Positions 1 to 11,122 of a stretch of DNA of 64,000 nt are shown here, piece by piece. Position 1 is the first letter of the stretch, and every line of letters starts with the position of its first letter. The stretch covers positions 480,001 to 544,000 of the forward strand of contig CAWEMM010000006.1 in NCBI GenBank assembly GCA_963810095.1, in the 5' to 3' direction. The notes under the pieces are model-generated. The model was given only the letters and a program-made list of their open reading frames with translations, did not search any database and was not told the origin of the DNA. Origin of the DNA: an uncultured Chloroflexia bacterium (lineage in GTDB: Bacteria > Chloroflexota > Anaerolineae > CG2-30-64-16). The translations under genes were made by a program, and so were the position numbers.

Positions 1-734
1 TGCTTTATGATCCGCCGGCCTTCGACCGGGTAGTTGCCGAGGGATGCGGTTTCCTGAATCTCGAGCCGGACGGCATGGTGCTCGACATGGCGTGCGGTGA
101 GGGAAAGGAAACGCTGGCGCTGGCCGTGCGCGGCGCGCAGGTCGTCGCAACTGACCTGACTCTCGGACACCTGCTGCAAGCCCGGCAGAAAGTGGCGACA
201 CACGAGCCACAAGCGCAGGTGCTCTTCGTGCAGGCCGATGCCCACCGGCTGCCTTTTGCGGGCGGGGCGTTTCCGGCGGTCTACGGGAAGGCCATCTTGC
301 ACCACCTCGTCCTGTCTCAAGCCGTCGCGGAGGTCGACCGTCTCCTGACGCCAGGCGGCAGGGCAGCCTTTGCCGAGCCCATGAACGGGCATCCGCTGTT
401 CCGGTTTGGCCGCCGTCTCACGCCACAGTTGCGGACGGCGGACGAGCATCCGCTCGGCTGGGCAGAGATGGACGGATTCGGCCGGGGGTTTGCGACGTAT
501 CGCTTGCGTGGTCACATGCTGATCTCGCCGGCGGCGTACCTATTCCGGCTGCTGCCCGGCGGCGAGGGGGTTTTCAGGCGGGTGCATGCGGGGCTGCAGC
601 GGCTGGACGAATGGCTGCTCGGCCGTGCGCCAAAGCTGCGCCGCTGGGCATGGTACGGATCGGTGTACGTGGTGAAGGGAGTCGGGCAACAGACTGCCGG
701 TTTGACTTCAAAAAACACCCCGGGGTCGGGTTAG
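1..734 (+). CDS. Class I SAM-dependent methyltransferase (5'-partial)
   Basis: VLDMACGEG motif I, FVQADAHRLPF, AILHHL, LTPGG; the frame stays open back to position 3. Confidence 0.85.
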   Translation, partial: LYDPPAFDRVVAEGCGFLNLEPDGMVLDMACGEGKETLALAVRGAQVVATDLTLGHLLQARQKVATHEPQAQVLFVQADAHRLPFAGGAFPAVYGKAILHHLVLSQAVAEVDRLLTPGGRAAFAEPMNGHPLFRFGRRLTPQLRTADEHPLGWAEMDGFGRGFATYRLRGHMLISPAAYLFRLLPGGEGVFRRVHAGLQRLDEWLLGRAPKLRRWAWYGSVYVVKGVGQQTAGLTSKNTPGSG

Positions 735-799
735 GACCACGAGGTGTAATTGGGTTAAGTGGATGCCGTGTCACTCTGTGACCCGTCACCCGACTTAGG

Positions 800-871
800 T
801 GGCGACGCTCAGACTCGAACTGAGGACCCAGCGATTATGAGCCGCTTGCTCTGCCACTGAGCTACGTCGCC
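800..871 (-). tRNA. tRNA with CAT anticodon, most likely elongator tRNA-Met (Ile2 not excluded)
   Basis: Cloverleaf GGCGACG/CGTCGCC acceptor stem, CTCATAA loop, TTCGAGT T-loop; lacks the C4/C5 acceptor pairs typical of Ile2. Confidence 0.9.
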
Positions 872-883
872 ATACGGTGTGTG

Positions 884-912
884 ATTATATCCACGCGACC
901 GCGCTTCGTCAA
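884..912 (-). promoter_or_regulatory. Sigma70-type promoter of tRNA-Met
   Basis: TTGACG-17 nt-TATAAT ending 12 nt upstream of the tRNA. Confidence 0.75.
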
Positions 913-958
913 ATTGATGCCGCTTCCGCCTTTTGCCTGGCGGAGTAAGTGCCAAGCG

Positions 959-989
959 AGACCCTCGGGTTTCCGCAACACGAAGGTCT
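959..989. repeat. Short REP-like palindrome
   Basis: AGACCCTCGGGTTT...CACGAAGGTCT imperfect inverted repeat. Confidence 0.4.
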
Positions 990-1005
990 GGGATGGCAGC
1001 GAAGG

Positions 1006-1043
1006 ACAAAACAAAAACCTGGCAGTTGATACCGCCAGGTTTT
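1006..1043 (-). terminator. Intrinsic terminator after tRNA-fMet
   Basis: AAAACCTGGC-loop-GCCAGGTTTT followed by a T-rich tail on the minus strand. Confidence 0.75.
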
Positions 1044-1050
1044 CGCTAGG

Positions 1051-1122
<72 letters not shown>

Positions 1123-1136
1123 TCGGATGTTTAGTT

Positions 1137-1164
1137 ATTATACCCGTTTATCCCGATCTGTCAA
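1137..1164 (-). promoter_or_regulatory. Sigma70-type promoter of tRNA-fMet
   Basis: TTGACA-16 nt-TATAAT. Confidence 0.7.
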
Positions 1165-1541
1165 TTTAGGCCCAGTGCCTTCAACCAGTTTTCCCAGGCC
1201 GGCTGGGGCGGCTGAACCGGTCCCGTCTCGACCACCGGGCTCACGGGCAGCGTCTCGATGCCGCGCGCCCCTTTGGGAAGCTTGCCGTACATATCCCAAG
1301 CCAGCCACGGCAAGAGCTCGCCCCGCTGCGCTCGTTCCAACTGCAGCTGCAGCAGCGTGTTCTGCCGCTTCGTGCGCTCGACCCGGGTCAATGCCTGCTC
1401 GTACTGCGCTTGCATCTGGTGCCGTGTCACTGCCAGCTCGACAAAGCCCGCCGTGAAAAAGACCGCGGCCACCAGCACCGCAAGCAACAGCACGCGGGAC
1501 GGTCCGAGCACTCTTCGCAGCGAACGAACCAGCGACACCAC
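1161..1541 (-). CDS. FtsB/DivIC-like septum formation initiator (single TM plus coiled coil)
   Basis: GGAGG then GTG; one TM helix, coiled coil (QMQAQYEQALTRVERTKRQNTLLQLQLE), Pro-rich tail ending PAWENW. Confidence 0.55.
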   Translation of the reverse strand: MVSLVRSLRRVLGPSRVLLLAVLVAAVFFTAGFVELAVTRHQMQAQYEQALTRVERTKRQNTLLQLQLERAQRGELLPWLAWDMYGKLPKGARGIETLPVSPVVETGPVQPPQPAWENWLKALGLN

Positions 1542-1643
1542 GCCTCCCGGCTGAACCCGTTGCGATGGCCCCCAAAGGGGGCACTTCGCCAGGCCTACAG
1601 GCACAAAATCCCACGGCACAGCCGCGGGATCTTGTTGTTCCAG

Positions 1644-1727
1644 TGCCGAAGGAGGGATTTGAACCCTCACGAGCTCAATGCTCACTAGGTCCTGAACCTA
1701 GCGCGTCTGCCATTCCGCCACTTCGGC
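1644..1727 (-). tRNA. tRNA-Leu (CAG)
   Basis: GCCGAAGTGGCGGAATGGCAGACGCGCTAGGTTCAGGACCTAG..., long variable arm; upstream TTGACA-17-TATAAA (1778-1750). Confidence 0.95.
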
Positions 1728-1758
1728 TCGGCTGTTCGATTGTAGACGATTTATAGCA

Positions 1759-3466
1759 CTATTTCTGGCCCATGTCAAGTTGAACGGCCGGCGTGGTTGC
1801 GCCGGTGCTCCGGCCGCGATTTTCCACGCTGCTCACCGTGACCTTCTTCGTATTGATATACCAGTCGGCAATGCTGCGGTAACGGTCGCCCGGCGTGTTG
1901 AGCGGGCCCATCTGGACTTGGTTGATCTTGTTCCGCACGCCGAATGTGTAAACGGGGTTGTACAGCACGAGCGCCGGCAGTTGCTCGGCAAAGATGCGCT
2001 GGAAGTCCTTGTAAAACGCCACCCGCTGGTTGCGGTCGGGCAAGTTGCGCGCCTTTTCGATGGCCTCATCGGCCGCTCGATCCTCCCAGCCGCCGTAGTT
2101 CTGCCCCGCCTTGGCCTGGGTCGAGTGCCACAACGGATAGGGATCCGGGTCGCCCGACAGCTCCCAGTCGACCAGGGCCGCATCGTAGGTGCGCGGCACC
2201 AGGAAGTCGGCCGTCAGGCCGGGCAGACTGACCGCCTGCACTTCCGCCTTAACGCCCAGCTCGGCCCACATCGCGCTCGATGGCATCCAGCTTCGCCTTG
2301 TCCTTGCCCAACAGCACGAACGCCAGCTTCACGCCGTCCTTCTCCCGCACGCCGTCGCCGTCCGAGTCCACCCAGCCCGCCTGCTCCAGCATCTGTTTGG
2401 CGAGTGCAGGGTCATGGGTGTACTTCTGAACGCTGCTGTCGTATGCCCAGCTGTAGGGCATGATGGGCGATTGTGCGACGACGCCCTGGCCGGCCAGCAC
2501 CGCATCGATCAGCTGCTGGCGGTCGAGCCCGTACATCAACGCTTTGCGCACCGCCGCCTCTTTGAAAAAGGGCGTGTTCGGGTTCTGCTGGTTGAGGTAG
2601 ATGACGGTGTAGCCCGAAATCGGCGCCGAAAACAGCTGAAGATCCTCGTGCTTCGCGGCCTCGCTCATGTCGTCCGGCCAGACCCAGCTCACCGCGTCGA
2701 TCTCGCCGCGGTCGTAGGCGGGCATCAGGCTTTGATGATCCGGATAAAAGCGGACGGTGATGCCGTCGAGGAAAGGCTGCTGCCCGTGATAGGAGGGGTT
2801 TGCCTTGAACTTCGCCTCAGTGGCCGAGACCGTGTCCAACATGAAGGGACCCGTACCCACCGGCCGGGTGTTGTACTCGGAGCTCATCATGTCGGCGACG
2901 GGCACCTGTTGCCACAAATGCGAGGGCAAAAGTCCGATGGTCGTATAGTCGACGAAAGGCGCAAAGGGTTGTTTCAGCTGGAAACGCACCGCAAGCCCGT
3001 CCGGTCCGTCGGGTGCGGTCGCCTCCACCTCGCGCCACAGCGTGCTGAGCCACGCCATGCCCGGAAAATCCTCGGCCTGCATGGCCTTCACGGTGTAGAG
3101 GACGTCTGAGGCAGTGACGGGAACGCCGTCGTGCCAGTACAGGCCCGAACGCAAACGGAAGTCGTAGGTGAGGCCGTCAGGGCTGACCGTCATCCCCTCG
3201 GCCAGGTCGGGCACGACGTTGCCGCGCTCGTCCAAGCGGGTCAAGCCGTTGAACAGGAGACTGCCAAGCACGCCGTCGATCTGGTTATACTGGCTGAGGA
3301 GCGGGTTCAGGAACTGGGGGTTGCCGGCCATGCCTTCAACCAGCGTCCCGCCACGGTCGGGAACGGTGACGCTGGTGAAGTTGTAGGCGGTGTAGCGCAG
3401 CAGAGCGGCCAGGAGAATGATGCCGAGGACGGCAATGACCGCTTGCCAGCGAAGGTATCTGCCCAA
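1759..3466 (-). CDS. Peptide/nickel ABC transporter substrate-binding protein, family 5 (frameshift near 2270)
   Basis: GGTLVEG, PDLAE, WHDGVPVTASDV, PVGTGPF, VRKALMYGLDR; continues in the 1759..2286 frame (DPDPYPLWHS). Confidence 0.85.
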
Positions 3467-3469
3467 GGG

Positions 3470-3697
3470 TTATTTTGAGACGATGACAGTGACCAGGCAG
3501 AGCACCATGAAAAGCGCGCCCAGCACAATGGTGGCATTGAAGAGCGTCTTCTCGACGCCGCGACGGGTCCTGTAGACGCCCATGTCGCCGCCGCCGCCAA
3601 ACATGTTGCTCATGCCAGCGTCCTTAGACTGGATCATCACAATCGCGATGATCGCGATGCCCAAGACGATCTGCGCCAAATAGAGAAATACTTCCAC
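3470..3697 (-). CDS. secG: Preprotein translocase subunit SecG
   Basis: Two TMs with IQSKDAGMSNMFGGG and RRGVEKTL motifs; upstream TTGCTC-17-TATAAT. Confidence 0.92.
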   Translation of the reverse strand: MEVFLYLAQIVLGIAIIAIVMIQSKDAGMSNMFGGGGDMGVYRTRRGVEKTLFNATIVLGALFMVLCLVTVIVSK

Positions 3698-3898
3698 GGG
3701 AAACAGCCTCCGGAATGATTACGCAACCCGCGCGTATTGCCGGCCGCGCCGGTCCGACAAGAGTTGGATTATAACACCGGGGCGCCGGGCGAGCAAGAAA
3801 CCGGGAGACTGTTTCGGGCACCGCCGCAGCCGGGGCGCGGACCGCGCTCTACACGCCAGCCCTATGGGGCGGCGATGGCAAAGCGGTCCCTGCCAAGC

Positions 3899-6800
3899 TC
3901 ATGTTGGCAATTCCTGCCCCTGCTGTTGCTCCCAAAGCCTGCGGTAGAGGCCGCCCGCGGCAAGCAGTGCTTCGTGCGTGCCTGTCTCGACCACGCGCCC
4001 GCGATCCATGACGACAATCTGGCCCGCTGTGGCAAACCCGCCCAGGCGGTGCGTGATCAGCAGCGTGGAGCGGCCTGCCAGTAACGGCCCGAGCGCCCGC
4101 CAGAGATCCGCTGCGGTCGTCATATCCAACCCGGCGGTTGGCTCGTCGAGCACCAGGATGGGCGCATCTTTGAGCAGCGCCCGAGCGATCGCGAGCCGTT
4201 GACGCTCGCCCCCGCTCAGCTTGCGCCCGCCTTCGCCCACTCGGGTGTCGTAGCCCTCGGGCAGGGCCGCGATGAAGTCGTGGAGCTGGGCCGCGTGCGC
4301 CACCTCCTCCAGCTGCTCCGGCGAAGCGTCTGGCCTGGCAAGCAGCAGGTTGGTCCGGATCGAGGCGTTGAAGAGATGGGTCCGCTGGGCCACAACTCCT
4401 GTCAAGGCGCGCACCTGCTCGCCCTCCACCGTCGCCAGGTCCCGGTCGCCGATGCTGATTGTTCCCGCTTCGACGTCCCAGAAGCGGAGCAGCGCGTTCG
4501 CAAGAGTCGACTTGCCGGCCCCGCTCGGCCCGACGACGGCCAGAAGACCGCCGGCCGGAACCGTAAGGGTGACGCCGTCGAGCGCGAGCGGCTCGGACGG
4601 GGCATATCGCAGCGACACATCGCGGAAAGCCACGGCCGGCGCCGCTAACGCAGCTTGCGAAGCTGGCACGGGCGCCGGCGGCGGGAAGTCGAGGACCGCG
4701 GCCACTGCCGCCCGATCCGGGCGTTTCCCAGCGACGTGGAACAGGCGCCGAGCGGCTGCGGTCGACGTGAAGAAGTACTGGGCGGCCACGGGGAGCGGCG
4801 CAACAGCCTCGAAACTGGCCACCGTCAGGAGCGCCAATACGGCGAGGGAGACCCCGTCCAGTTGTCCGGCACGCACGAGCGGTGTCGCTACGATCAGCAC
4901 GGCGGCCACGGCCAGCCAGGAGACGATCGTCGTCCCGGCGCCGGCGCCTGTCGATAGAACGGCCATGTTACGCCCGGCCGCACCCAAGGCCGCCCCTTGC
5001 CTCGCAACGCCTTCAGCGTGCCGGCCGGCGGCCCGGAAAGCCAGCAAGTCGGCCAGCCCCTGTACCAGGTCGACCAACGATTGGTTGAGCTTCCCGCGGC
5101 CCTCGGTCAAGTCGTGCGAAGGCCCACGGCCCAGCCACAATGTCAGCACCGGCAGGCCGATGCCGGCCACGGCTTGGAGCGCAAGCACCGGCAGAACGAG
5201 CGCCGGATTGAAGGACGCGAGCAAACCGGCGGTCAGAAGTGCGATCAGGACCGCCACAAGCGGGGGCGAGACCGCCCGTACATAGAAGTTCTCGAGCACG
5301 CCCACGTCCGAAAGGACGCGCGCCAGCAGGTCGCCGCTGCTGTACCGCCCGAGCACGGCCGGGGCCAACGGCTCGATTGCGGCATAGAACCACACGCGAA
5401 TCGCGGCCAGCACGCGGAAGGTGACCTGGTGCGAAGCAAGACGCTCGAGGTAGCGGAACACGCCGCGGGCGATGCCGAAAAAACGTACGCCGACGACGGC
5501 CACCTGGAGCACGGCAATCGAAGGCTGAAGCGCGGCCGAGGCAATGATCCAGGCCGAGGTGGCGAGCAGCCCGATGCTGCTGGCGATGGTCAGGAAGCCG
5601 AGGAGGACCGAGAGCGCGATCCACGGGACGTAGGGCGCCAGGAAGGGCAGGAGGCCGGCGAGGGCGGCATGGCGGGACAGCTGGCGGGGCTGTTGGAGCG
5701 GGGCGCTTCCGGCAGCCGCGTCGCTCGAGATACCCCTCCGCAAGGTCGCGGCGGATTCGCCGGGCACGCTCGCCGCGTCGGCGACCCTGTGCTCTGCCCC
5801 GGCGCCCGGACGCAGCATCCCTGCATACTTCCCGCCGGCAGCGAGAAGCTCCGCATGTGTCCCCTGCTCCACGACCCGCCCACCGTCCAGCACGACGATC
5901 TTGTCTGCGGTGCGCACCGTGCCGAGCCGGTGTGCGATCACGAGCGCGGTCCGGCCGTGTAAGAGCTCGGCAAGTGACGCTTGGATTCCGGCGTCCGTTT
6001 CGGGGTCGAGATTGGCCGTCGCCTCGTCGAGGATGACAAAGGGCGCGTCGACCAGGAAGGCGCGGCGCAAGCGCGAGGCGCTGGGCCTGCCCGCCGCTGA
6101 GCCGGGCGCCGCGCTCGCCGATCACGGTGTCGTACCCCTGGGGCAGGCCGCGAATGAACTCGTCGGCCTGCGCAGCAGTTGCCGCGGCGATCACCTGTTC
6201 CATCGCGGCGGTGGGGCGGCCAAGGCGGATATTCTCGGCCACCGACATGTTGAGCAAGTACGGCGCCTGGGGAACGTAGGCCACGCGGTCGCGCCATTCC
6301 TCGGGCGAGAGGGCAGCGAGATCGACGCCGCCCGCCTTGATCTCGCCGGCCTGCGCTTCGATGAAGCGCATCAGGAGTGCGGCAACCGTGCTCTTGCCCG
6401 CACCCGTCGCACCCACCAGTGCGACGTGCCGGCCGGGATCGATTTCGAACGTGACGCCTTCCAGGGCCGGGAGTGCGCGGTCCGGATAGGACACCGTGAC
6501 GCCGGAAATCACAATCCCGAATATCCCGTCTGGCACCCGAGCCGAAGCCTCCCTAGTCGCCGGGGGGACAACGTCGAGAATGTCGAAGATCCGGTGCGCG
6601 GCCGTGACTCCGGAAACCCCGGCGTGGAAACGCAGCCCAAGCTGGCGTAGGGGCAAGTAGAACTCGGGCGCGAGAATCAGGACGAAGAAGGCCGGCTCGA
6701 ACGTTAGGTTACCCGCCAGGAGGCGCAGCCCTACCTCGACCGCGACGACAGCCGTGCTGATCGTGCCGATCATCTCGAGGACAAACGCAGAGAGGAACGC

Positions 6801-7533
6801 GATGCGCAGGACCTGCAGGGTCGCGTCGCGATGCTGCTCACCGATCCTGCGGATGAGGATGATTTGTTCGCGGCTGCGGTCGAAGAGCTTGAGGGTCGTC
6901 AGCCCCTGGAGCACGTCCAGGAAGTGCGCCGCCAGGCGGCTCAGCGTGCCCCACTGGCGCCGTGTGAGCGCGTCAGTATAGCTGCCAATTAGCGCCATGA
7001 ACATCGGGATCAGCGGCGCCGTCAACAGCAGCACCAGCCCGGAAAGGGGATCGATCGGGAAGACGACGAGCAGAAACGTGAGGGGGATGACGGCCGCGAG
7101 CGCCACCTGCGGCAGGTACTGCCCGAAATACGCGTCGAGCGCCTCGACGCCGTCAAGCGCCGTGTTGACCAACTCCCCCGTGCGCTCGCCTTCCGCATCG
7201 ACCAGGTAGGTCGGGCCAAGGCTCACGATGTGGCGCGTCACGCGGGCCCGCAGGTCGTCCTTCACGCACCGGGCGACGCGGCGCAGCGGCCAACTCTCCC
7301 GACCAGGTCGCGATCCCCCTGCCAAGCGAAAACGCCACGAGCGCGAGGATCAGCGGGCGAACGGAATCGAGATCGGCGCCGGCAAGGAACACACCCGATA
7401 CCGCCCGGCTGAGTGCGGCGGCCTGGCCGACCGTCAGGATGCCAGCCAGCGCGCCGCCCACCACGGCAAGCCCGAGGAAGAGACGCTGAGGTTGAGCAGC
7501 ACGGAGGAGACGACGATCGAAGAAACGAGACAC
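3899..7533 (-). CDS. cydDC: Fused CydD-CydC thiol-reductant ABC exporter (frameshifts near 7280 and 6065)
   Basis: CydD motifs (YFGQYLPQ, LAPEFYLPLRQLG) and NBD1 run in frame into CydC motifs (VRFFGIARGVFRYLERLASH) and NBD2 (LSGGERQR). Confidence 0.85.
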
Positions 7534-7539
7534 GCCGCG

Positions 7540-7568
7540 ATTATACGTGCTGGCAAGGTTGCGAGCAA
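7540..7568 (-). promoter_or_regulatory. Promoter of cydDC, probably leaderless
   Basis: TTGCTC-17-TATAAT ending 6 nt before the GTG start at 7533; no Shine-Dalgarno. Confidence 0.6.
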
Positions 7569-7584
7569 TCAGAAGGGTGAGCTA

Positions 7585-7672
7585 ACCACAAAGGCACCAA
7601 GCCAAGGGGGTTCACCAAGCATCGCCAGGTGAGCGGCGAAGAAGGTCTTTTGTGGCTTCGTGCCTTTGTGGT
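7585..7672. repeat. REP-like palindrome, CACAAAG family
   Basis: ACCACAAAGGCACCAAGCCA ... TGGCTTCGTGCCTTTGTGGT (19/20 inverted match). Confidence 0.8.
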
Positions 7673-7684
7673 GACGGCCCAGCT

Positions 7685-8863
7685 TCAGGCGGGCGCCGCC
7701 CACACGCCGGTCAAGGGGTCAGGCGCCCAACCTTCCACGGCCAAGGGATGCTGCGCCCAGCCCGCCTCGATGCGAGCCGCAGTCTCGTCCCACGACCGGA
7801 CGCCGCTCAGCGTGTCCGCGGCCTCCACGTTGCACGCACCCACCGCGACCGCCATACGGGCGGCCTGTCGGGCGGGAAGGCCGCGCAGAAGTGCAGCCAG
7901 GAAGCCGGCGATCGTGCAATCGCCCGATCCGTTCGTGCCGACGACCTGCACCTTGAAGCACGGCGCCCAGACTTCCTGGTTGGCCCAGCCGTCAAGGTCC
8001 GTGGGCCGGGCGTTCCCCATGCGGGCCAGGCAGCCGGCATCTGCCGTGCGCAAGTAGAAACCCTTGTGCCCCAGCTTGATGCCGGCGACGGCCACGCCCA
8101 GGCTCAGCAGCTCGTCGCTCAGGTCGTGCAGGAGAGCGGGGGTTGCCGCGTTGAGCAGCTGCCCGCCCGTCTCGGCGGCGAGCCGGTCGTGCTGGGGCCG
8201 GCGCAGCATGAACAGCAGTTCTTCGAAGCTGGGCAGGAATACGTCCACGTGCGGCAGCGTCCGCTGGAGGATACGAGGCCAATTCGCCCGGCCGGCCGGC
8301 GAGTTAGGGTCGGGCGCGGCCATGTCGAGCGAGGTCGTCGCACCGGCGGCTTTTGCCCGGCGGTACATTTCTTCGAGCTCCGCGCCGTCGTTCGCGTACA
8401 TCCTCGCCATGAGCGGAGGGTAGCCGAAATGGAAGAGGCTCGCCGCGCCGACCACGTTGTAGCGGACATCTTCAGCGGAAAACGTGTCGTTGGCGCCCGG
8501 ATAGTGCAGGAACGAGCGGTCGATGCCGGGCGGGCTGATGACGACCGTGTAGGACGAATGCACTGCCTGGTCGATGATCATGCCGGCCGCGGGGCCCCGG
8601 CCGCTGCGGACAAGGATTTGGCGGATCAACTCGCCGATGAAGTCGTCGCCGACCTTGCCCATGATGCGAACGTCGATGCCCAGCCGGTGCATGGCGAGGC
8701 CGGTGTTTGACGCGGCGCCTCCCGTGCCGAACAGTGCCGGGCCGACAGCCGTGAGATGGCCTGGCTGGAAGCTGGCGCGAAAGTCCTCGGCCGAGCCGCC
8801 GATCTGCGGGATGATATCGAGGCAGATGTGACCTGCGACGACCGCGGACAGATTCCTCGCCAT
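7685..8863 (-). CDS. PfkB/ribokinase family carbohydrate kinase
   Basis: VVAGHICLD, GGAASNTG, GKVGDDFIG, GTNGSGDCTIAGF (PfkB signature variant). Confidence 0.9.
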   Translation of the reverse strand: MARNLSAVVAGHICLDIIPQIGGSAEDFRASFQPGHLTAVGPALFGTGGAASNTGLAMHRLGIDVRIMGKVGDDFIGELIRQILVRSGRGPAAGMIIDQAVHSSYTVVISPPGIDRSFLHYPGANDTFSAEDVRYNVVGAASLFHFGYPPLMARMYANDGAELEEMYRRAKAAGATTSLDMAAPDPNSPAGRANWPRILQRTLPHVDVFLPSFEELLFMLRRPQHDRLAAETGGQLLNAATPALLHDLSDELLSLGVAVAGIKLGHKGFYLRTADAGCLARMGNARPTDLDGWANQEVWAPCFKVQVVGTNGSGDCTIAGFLAALLRGLPARQAARMAVAVGACNVEAADTLSGVRSWDETAARIEAGWAQHPLAVEGWAPDPLTGVWAAPA

Positions 8864-8873
8864 CCTCGAACCT

Positions 8874-9983
8874 CTAGCTCAATCCTGCCAGTTCCCGCAC
8901 CGTGTCGATGTAGGCCACGATGTTTGCCGTGGGCACGTCGTCGAGCATCGTGTGTGAGCTCTGCAAGATGTAGCCACCGCCCTTCCCCATCAGCGCGGCC
9001 ATGCGGCGGATCTCCGCGCAGACCTGCTCGGGCGTCCCAAACGGCAGCAGCTCCGTTACGTCAATCCCGCCGTAAAAGCAAATCCTGTCGCCCCACGCCT
9101 GCTTCGTTTCGGCCGGCTCCATGATCGTGGGCGACAGTGGGTTGAACACCTGCATCCCGATCTCGACCAGGTCGGGGAAGAGGCCGGCCACCCGGCCGTC
9201 CGAGTGCTGCCCCACCACCGCGCCGGCCTTACGCACGCGCTCGTACATCAGCGCGATGCGCGGCTTGATGAAGCGCCGCCACAGCCGCGGGCTGAACAGG
9301 AGTGAGCTTTCGCTGCCCCAATCCTCGGCAAAGTAGAAGCCGTCGACGCCAAGCGCAAGCTGCTGGTCAATGATGGGCAGGTTCCACTCATACAGAATGC
9401 GGTCGAGCAGCGCCTCCACGAAGGCAGGCCGCTCGATCATGTCCACGAGCACCTTGTCCATCCCCCGGATGCTCCACGCCCGCTCGAAGAGGCACATGCC
9501 GAGCTTACCGAATACAAACAGGTCTCCCCGGTACCGGTCGGCCAGGGCTCGGGCGGAATCGAAGCGGCCCGCATGATACGGGTCGGGCATCTGGTAGGCG
9601 GCCAGCGCGCGCTCGAGGTCCTCGTCTGCGACGTCGCCCAAGGGATAGGCGACGGGATGCGGGAGGCTGCCCCGGCGGTCCCACACGCACCCGAACTCGT
9701 CCGTGTGCAGGTGGCCCTCCCGCTCGTCGGCCTCCGTGTGCACCGGCCCGCCGCTGGGGGTCAGCTCCACCTTGCCGACATCCGCCGCCCAGGGGTTGTA
9801 GTTGAAGTCGGAGCCGACCTTGACGATGTGCTGGCCGATGAAGGCCATCGCCGCATGATGGTCGGGCAGGCCGTAATAGTCGCAGATGCGCTGCCACACC
9901 GCGGGGACCGCGTGGAGGCAGTAGGGGACGTAGTCCGTCTCTTCGTGACAGATGGCGGCCAAGACGCGCTCGCGTTTGTTCAT
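8874..9983 (-). CDS. Uroporphyrinogen decarboxylase/MtaA-fold protein (paralogue 1)
   Basis: MNKRERVLAAI, DEFGCVW, FAEDWG, HSDG, CFYGGID, GGGYILQSSH. Confidence 0.85.
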   Translation of the reverse strand: MNKRERVLAAICHEETDYVPYCLHAVPAVWQRICDYYGLPDHHAAMAFIGQHIVKVGSDFNYNPWAADVGKVELTPSGGPVHTEADEREGHLHTDEFGCVWDRRGSLPHPVAYPLGDVADEDLERALAAYQMPDPYHAGRFDSARALADRYRGDLFVFGKLGMCLFERAWSIRGMDKVLVDMIERPAFVEALLDRILYEWNLPIIDQQLALGVDGFYFAEDWGSESSLLFSPRLWRRFIKPRIALMYERVRKAGAVVGQHSDGRVAGLFPDLVEIGMQVFNPLSPTIMEPAETKQAWGDRICFYGGIDVTELLPFGTPEQVCAEIRRMAALMGKGGGYILQSSHTMLDDVPTANIVAYIDTVRELAGLS

Positions 9984-9999
9984 CGTGCAAGCCTTTCGA

Positions 10000-10078
10000 A
10001 CCACAAAGACACGAAGACACAAAGACGCGGAGAGCTCCAGTAGCCTTTGTGCGCGTCGTGTCTTTGTGCCTTTGTGGT
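10000..10078. repeat. REP-like palindrome, CACAAAG family (8-nt periodic arms)
   Basis: CACAAAGA CACGAAGA CACAAAGA ... GTGTCTTTGTGCCTTTGTGGT. Confidence 0.85.
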
Positions 10079-10082
10079 GAAG

Positions 10083-11108
10083 CTACGGCTGGTACCGTCC
10101 GTACTCGCGGAAGGCTTCGTACATGGCGACGATGTTCTCGAGCGGCACGTCGGGACCCACCTCGCCGCATGCAATGATGCCGCCGTCGGGCGTGCCGCAC
10201 GCTTCGAAGACCCGCTGCACTTCTTCCTTCACCTGGGCCGGCGAGCCGAACGGCATCACGTGCTGCCGGTCGATGTCTGTGCGGAAGGCGACCTTGCCGC
10301 GCACGTTCTGGGCCACCCAGTCCAGGCCCACCACCTTAACCTGGCTATTGATGACGTCCACGCCGGCCTCGATCAAGTCGCCGAAGATGTCGTTAATGTG
10401 GCCGTCGGTGTGGAACCAGACGTGCATGCCCGCCTGGTGCACCTTTCGGAACATCTCCGCGTAGCGCGGCTTGAACAGCTTGCGCCAGAGCGCGGGCCGG
10501 ATCATCAGCCGGCTTTGCTCGCCCCAGTCGTCGGCGAAGTGCAGCCCCTCATACTCCATGCTCGTCCACTTGTCGATCCAACGCAGGTTGAACGCCAGCA
10601 TGTCGTCCATCAGCCGCTCGAGCTCGGCGGGCGGATCGGCGAAGTCCATCATCAGGTTCGCCATGCCGCGCAGCTGCTGGAGCTGCTCGAAATACGTGAT
10701 CCACGCGCCGCGGGCGTACCAGCGGTCGTCGAAGCCGCACATGTGGCCGCTGTACTGCCTGCCCGACGGCGGACCGGCGGTAAAATCCTCCGGCCAGCGG
10801 TACTCATTGTACTGGCCCAGGTCGGCCAACGGCCATTTGACGGGAATCCCGCAGATGCCGAGCCACTCGCTGTACCAGACCGTGCCGAAGTCGTCGGCGT
10901 TGTAGCCCTGCTTGTAGAGCGCGGGGAACTTCTCGACCGGCAAGTCGTGCATGTAATCCCAGCCGAAGTCCTCGCGAAACTCGGCCAGGATTTCGGCCAG
11001 GGCCTCGCCGTACTTGATCTGAGCGGCGGGCAGGACGGCATGCGAGATCGGGGCCCGGTCAGGGCGCTGGAACTTGACGGCACGGTTCACACGTTCGCGG
11101 CTGTTCAT
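10083..11108 (-). CDS. Uroporphyrinogen decarboxylase/MtaA-fold protein (paralogue 2)
   Basis: MNSRERV, PDRAP, DDFGTVW, FADDWG, FHTDG, GGIIACGE, DVPLENI. Confidence 0.85.
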   Translation of the reverse strand: MNSRERVNRAVKFQRPDRAPISHAVLPAAQIKYGEALAEILAEFREDFGWDYMHDLPVEKFPALYKQGYNADDFGTVWYSEWLGICGIPVKWPLADLGQYNEYRWPEDFTAGPPSGRQYSGHMCGFDDRWYARGAWITYFEQLQQLRGMANLMMDFADPPAELERLMDDMLAFNLRWIDKWTSMEYEGLHFADDWGEQSRLMIRPALWRKLFKPRYAEMFRKVHQAGMHVWFHTDGHINDIFGDLIEAGVDVINSQVKVVGLDWVAQNVRGKVAFRTDIDRQHVMPFGSPAQVKEEVQRVFEACGTPDGGIIACGEVGPDVPLENIVAMYEAFREYGRYQP

Positions 11109-11122
11109 AGTGCTCCCTCGAT

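Noticed and set aside
735-795. Weak TCACCCG-like periodicity after the first methyltransferase
   Set aside because: Too short and degenerate to call an element without genome-wide counts
1542-1685. 5' extension of the 1161..1685 ORF
   Set aside because: It overlaps tRNA-Leu; the real start is more likely the SD-preceded GTG at 1541 or 1538
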